DNA from: an uncultured Pelagibacteraceae bacterium
GTDB taxonomy: Bacteria > Pseudomonadota > Alphaproteobacteria > Pelagibacterales > Pelagibacteraceae
Length of the DNA: 64,000 bases
Reading direction: 5' to 3'
NCBI GenBank assembly: GCA_902630925.1
Contig: CACOWO010000003.1
Span: forward strand, 6,811-70,810
The notes below the pieces were generated by a model, which was given only the letters and a program-made list of their open reading frames with translations, had not been told where the DNA came from and ran no database searches. Position numbers and translations under genes: made by a program. Below, in pieces: positions 61,568-64,000 of the stretch; position 1 is the first letter of the stretch; every line of letters begins with the position of its first letter.

Positions 61568-62725
61568 ATGAAGAAAATTTTTAACGTAGGCCTGATAGGT
61601 TGTGGTCATATAGCCGAGACATACTTTAGAGCACATAAATATTTTAATAATTTTAAAATAATAAAATGTGCTGATATCAATGAAAAAGCTGCAATTAAAT
61701 GTGCTAAAGCGAATAGAATTAAAGCTGTTTCAATAAAAGAATTATTAAATGATAAAAATATAAAAGTAATTCTAAATTTAACAATTCCAGCAGCTCATTA
61801 TTCTGTTGCAAAACTTGCTCTTAAACATGGTAAACATGTTTATTCGGAAAAACCTTTAGCTATAAATCTATCTGATGGAATAAAATTGATTAAATTAGCA
61901 AAAAAAAAGAAATTGTACGTTGGAAATGCGCCAGATACATTTTTGGGTGGAGGTATTCAGAAATCAAGAGAGCTTCTAGATAAAAAAACTATTGGTAAAG
62001 TTAAATTTGGAAATGCAATCTTTGCATATCCAGGTGTCCAATCTTATCATCCAAATCCTGAACCGTGGTTTGCAAAAAAAGGTGGTGGTCCTGTAATAGA
62101 TATGGGGCCATATTATTTAACTGCTTTAGTAAACTTATTAGGTCCAGCAAAAGAAGTTTTTAGTCAATCCGAAAAAGGTAAATCAAAGAGAGTTATTGGC
62201 ATTGGCCCTAAAAAAGGTAAAAAGTTTAAAGTGGAATGCCCAACAACTTATTTTTCAACAATTAAATTTTTAAATGGAACTATAATCAGACTGACACTTT
62301 CTTTCGATGTAATTTCACATTTAAGAAATCATATTGAATTATATGGTAATAATGGATCAATGATTGTTCCTGATCCAAATATGTTCGGTGGATCAGTTTT
62401 GATTAGTAAAAAATTAGGTAGTTCATGGAAAAATTTTAAGACAAATAAAATGACTCTTGGAAAAATTAATATTCGAACACAAAGTTCAAGAGCTAATGAA
62501 TCTCCGACTAATGCTAATTATAGAGGCGTAGGCTTGTCTGAGATGATAAGTTCTATTCAAAAAAAAAAATTGCATAAATGTAACGGAGATCTATCTTTAC
62601 ATGTGTTGAACATCATAGATGCAATACACAATTCAGCAAAAAAAGGAAAAAAAGTTAAAATAAATCAGTTGTGTAATAGACCTAGTGTTTTCTCGAAAAA
62701 AGAGATTAAAAATATTACTAAATAA
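61568..62725 (+). CDS. Gfo/Idh/MocA-family oxidoreductase
   Basis: IGCGHI, NLTIPAAH, YSEKP, APDTFLG, DMGPYY. Confidence 0.9.
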   Translation: MKKIFNVGLIGCGHIAETYFRAHKYFNNFKIIKCADINEKAAIKCAKANRIKAVSIKELLNDKNIKVILNLTIPAAHYSVAKLALKHGKHVYSEKPLAINLSDGIKLIKLAKKKKLYVGNAPDTFLGGGIQKSRELLDKKTIGKVKFGNAIFAYPGVQSYHPNPEPWFAKKGGGPVIDMGPYYLTALVNLLGPAKEVFSQSEKGKSKRVIGIGPKKGKKFKVECPTTYFSTIKFLNGTIIRLTLSFDVISHLRNHIELYGNNGSMIVPDPNMFGGSVLISKKLGSSWKNFKTNKMTLGKINIRTQSSRANESPTNANYRGVGLSEMISSIQKKKLHKCNGDLSLHVLNIIDAIHNSAKKGKKVKINQLCNRPSVFSKKEIKNITK

Positions 62726-63602
62726 GATTATCTCTTGCTAAAAACGCTGCGCCTCTGACTCCACTCGCATCACCATGAGCAGGATGACTAAATACTGTAT
62801 GCAATTTTTTAACTTCTAGATATTTTAATACAATATTTTTAATTTTGTCTAAATTTTTAATCTCATTTGATAAACCACCACCGAAAACAATTATATCAGG
62901 ATCAATAATATTTATTAAAGAAGCTAAAGAACGTGCGAGTCTATCTTTAAAAGATAATATAAATTTTTTATTTCTCTTATCATTTAGAATTTGATGAGCA
63001 CTTTTTTTAGAATTATTTTTGATTTTATATAATTTTTCTAACCCCTTTCCTGATATGAATTGTTGAGATGTAAATTTATAACTATATTTAACCTTAGTTC
63101 TTTTTTCATCTAATCCATAACCAGGTAAAAAATTATGACCCCATTCACCAGCTATATGATTTGCTCCACGTATTATTTTTTTATTTATTACATATCCACC
63201 ACCTGTACCCGATCCAAGAATTATTCCAAAAACTGAGCTATAATCTTTTGCCACACCATCAATTGACTCTGATAAAGCAAAACAGTTTGCATCATTTTCG
63301 AATTTTAATTTATTTGGAATTAATGATGATAAGTCGTTTTTAATTTTTTTATCTTTAATACATTTTAAGTTATATGTATTAAAAACTTTACCTTTTGAAT
63401 CCATTGACCCTGGGTGGCAAATACCTACATTTAAATTTTGATTATATTTTGTTGATAATCTTTTAATGATAGATGAAATTGTTTCTAAGAGTTTTTTATA
63501 ATTGCTTGGTGTATTTTCCCTTTGTCTAACTATTTCTGAATTATTACTATCTAAAACAACATATTCAATCTTAGTAGCGCCTAAATCTATACCTATTTGC
63601 AT
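62718..63602 (-). CDS. ROK-family sugar kinase (Mak/fructokinase-like)
   Basis: GIDLGATK, ENDANCFALSE, ILGSGTGGG, GEWGH, GDASGVRGAA. Confidence 0.88.
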   Translation of the reverse strand: MQIGIDLGATKIEYVVLDSNNSEIVRQRENTPSNYKKLLETISSIIKRLSTKYNQNLNVGICHPGSMDSKGKVFNTYNLKCIKDKKIKNDLSSLIPNKLKFENDANCFALSESIDGVAKDYSSVFGIILGSGTGGGYVINKKIIRGANHIAGEWGHNFLPGYGLDEKRTKVKYSYKFTSQQFISGKGLEKLYKIKNNSKKSAHQILNDKRNKKFILSFKDRLARSLASLINIIDPDIIVFGGGLSNEIKNLDKIKNIVLKYLEVKKLHTVFSHPAHGDASGVRGAAFLARDNLI

Positions 63603-63604
63603 TT

Positions 63605-64000
63605 CTAAGAAGAAATTCTATTCATTTCTTTAAGTTCAACCTCTAATTTATCAAGTTCTTCTCCACCGGCCATCATACTCAGAAGTTTTTCTCTGGAAAT
63701 ATCTTTCTTTTCATATGTTCCTAAACTTTTACCTCGATTGAGAACTGTAAAACTATTTCCTACTGGATAAGCGTGATGCACGTTATGTGTTATTAAAATT
63801 ACTGCTAAACCTTGTGATGCAGCTTTAACTATATATTTTAGTACTACTGAGGCTTGATGAACTCCTAATGCAGAAGTAGGCTCATCGAGAACTAAGACTT
63901 TAGCCCCAAAGTATATAGCTCTACTAATTGCAAGACATTGTCTTTCTCCACCAGACATAGTCCCGACCGCTTGTGATGGGTCTCTTATATCAATTCCTAT
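63605..64000 (-). CDS. Sugar ABC transporter ATP-binding protein, C-terminal part (5' end beyond window)
   Basis: Frame is open to the window end ([21 protein letters not shown]); [13 protein letters not shown]. Confidence 0.9.
   Translation of the reverse strand: MGIDIRDPSQAVGTMSGGERQCLAISRAIYFGAKVLVLDEPTSALGVHQASVVLKYIVKAASQGLAVILITHNVHHAYPVGNSFTVLNRGKSLGTYEKKDISREKLLSMMAGGEELDKLEVELKEMNRISS

Overview
AT-rich, extremely compact alphaproteobacterial chromosome segment. Gene content, overlapping or near-zero spacers and gene order point to Candidatus Pelagibacter (SAR11); this taxonomy is inferred. Bases 1-48 kb are mostly + strand housekeeping genes: smpB-folK-rsh-pyrE-pdxJ-acpS-lepB-rnc-recO, hemB, rpiB-glyA-nrdR-rib-nusB, hppA, rpmF-plsX-ihfA, rpmG, ctaA, yajC-secDF, uvrA/ssb-gyrA-coaD-tgt, recG, mltB-dacA-tmk-holB-metG-tatD, nhaA, plus tRNA-Lys, -Ser and -Pro. 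At about 20.28 kb an in-frame rplM/serS chimera marks a deletion or assembly misjoin. At 48-50 kb lie the longest non-coding stretch, a minimal ogt and a Cre-like tyrosine recombinase. Directly upstream of the recombinase is a perfect 11-7-11 dif-like palindrome that overlaps its promoter, close to where the dominant coding strand flips. This is the best candidate for an undescribed system: single-recombinase chromosome dimer resolution. After it come a - strand surface-glycan cluster (double GT, gmd, ColD-like 3-dehydratase, RMD-like reductase, two GT9-like genes) and a non-canonical iolD-centred sugar/cyclitol catabolic cluster that runs off the window end. All calls come from motif recognition by eye; no database searches were run.
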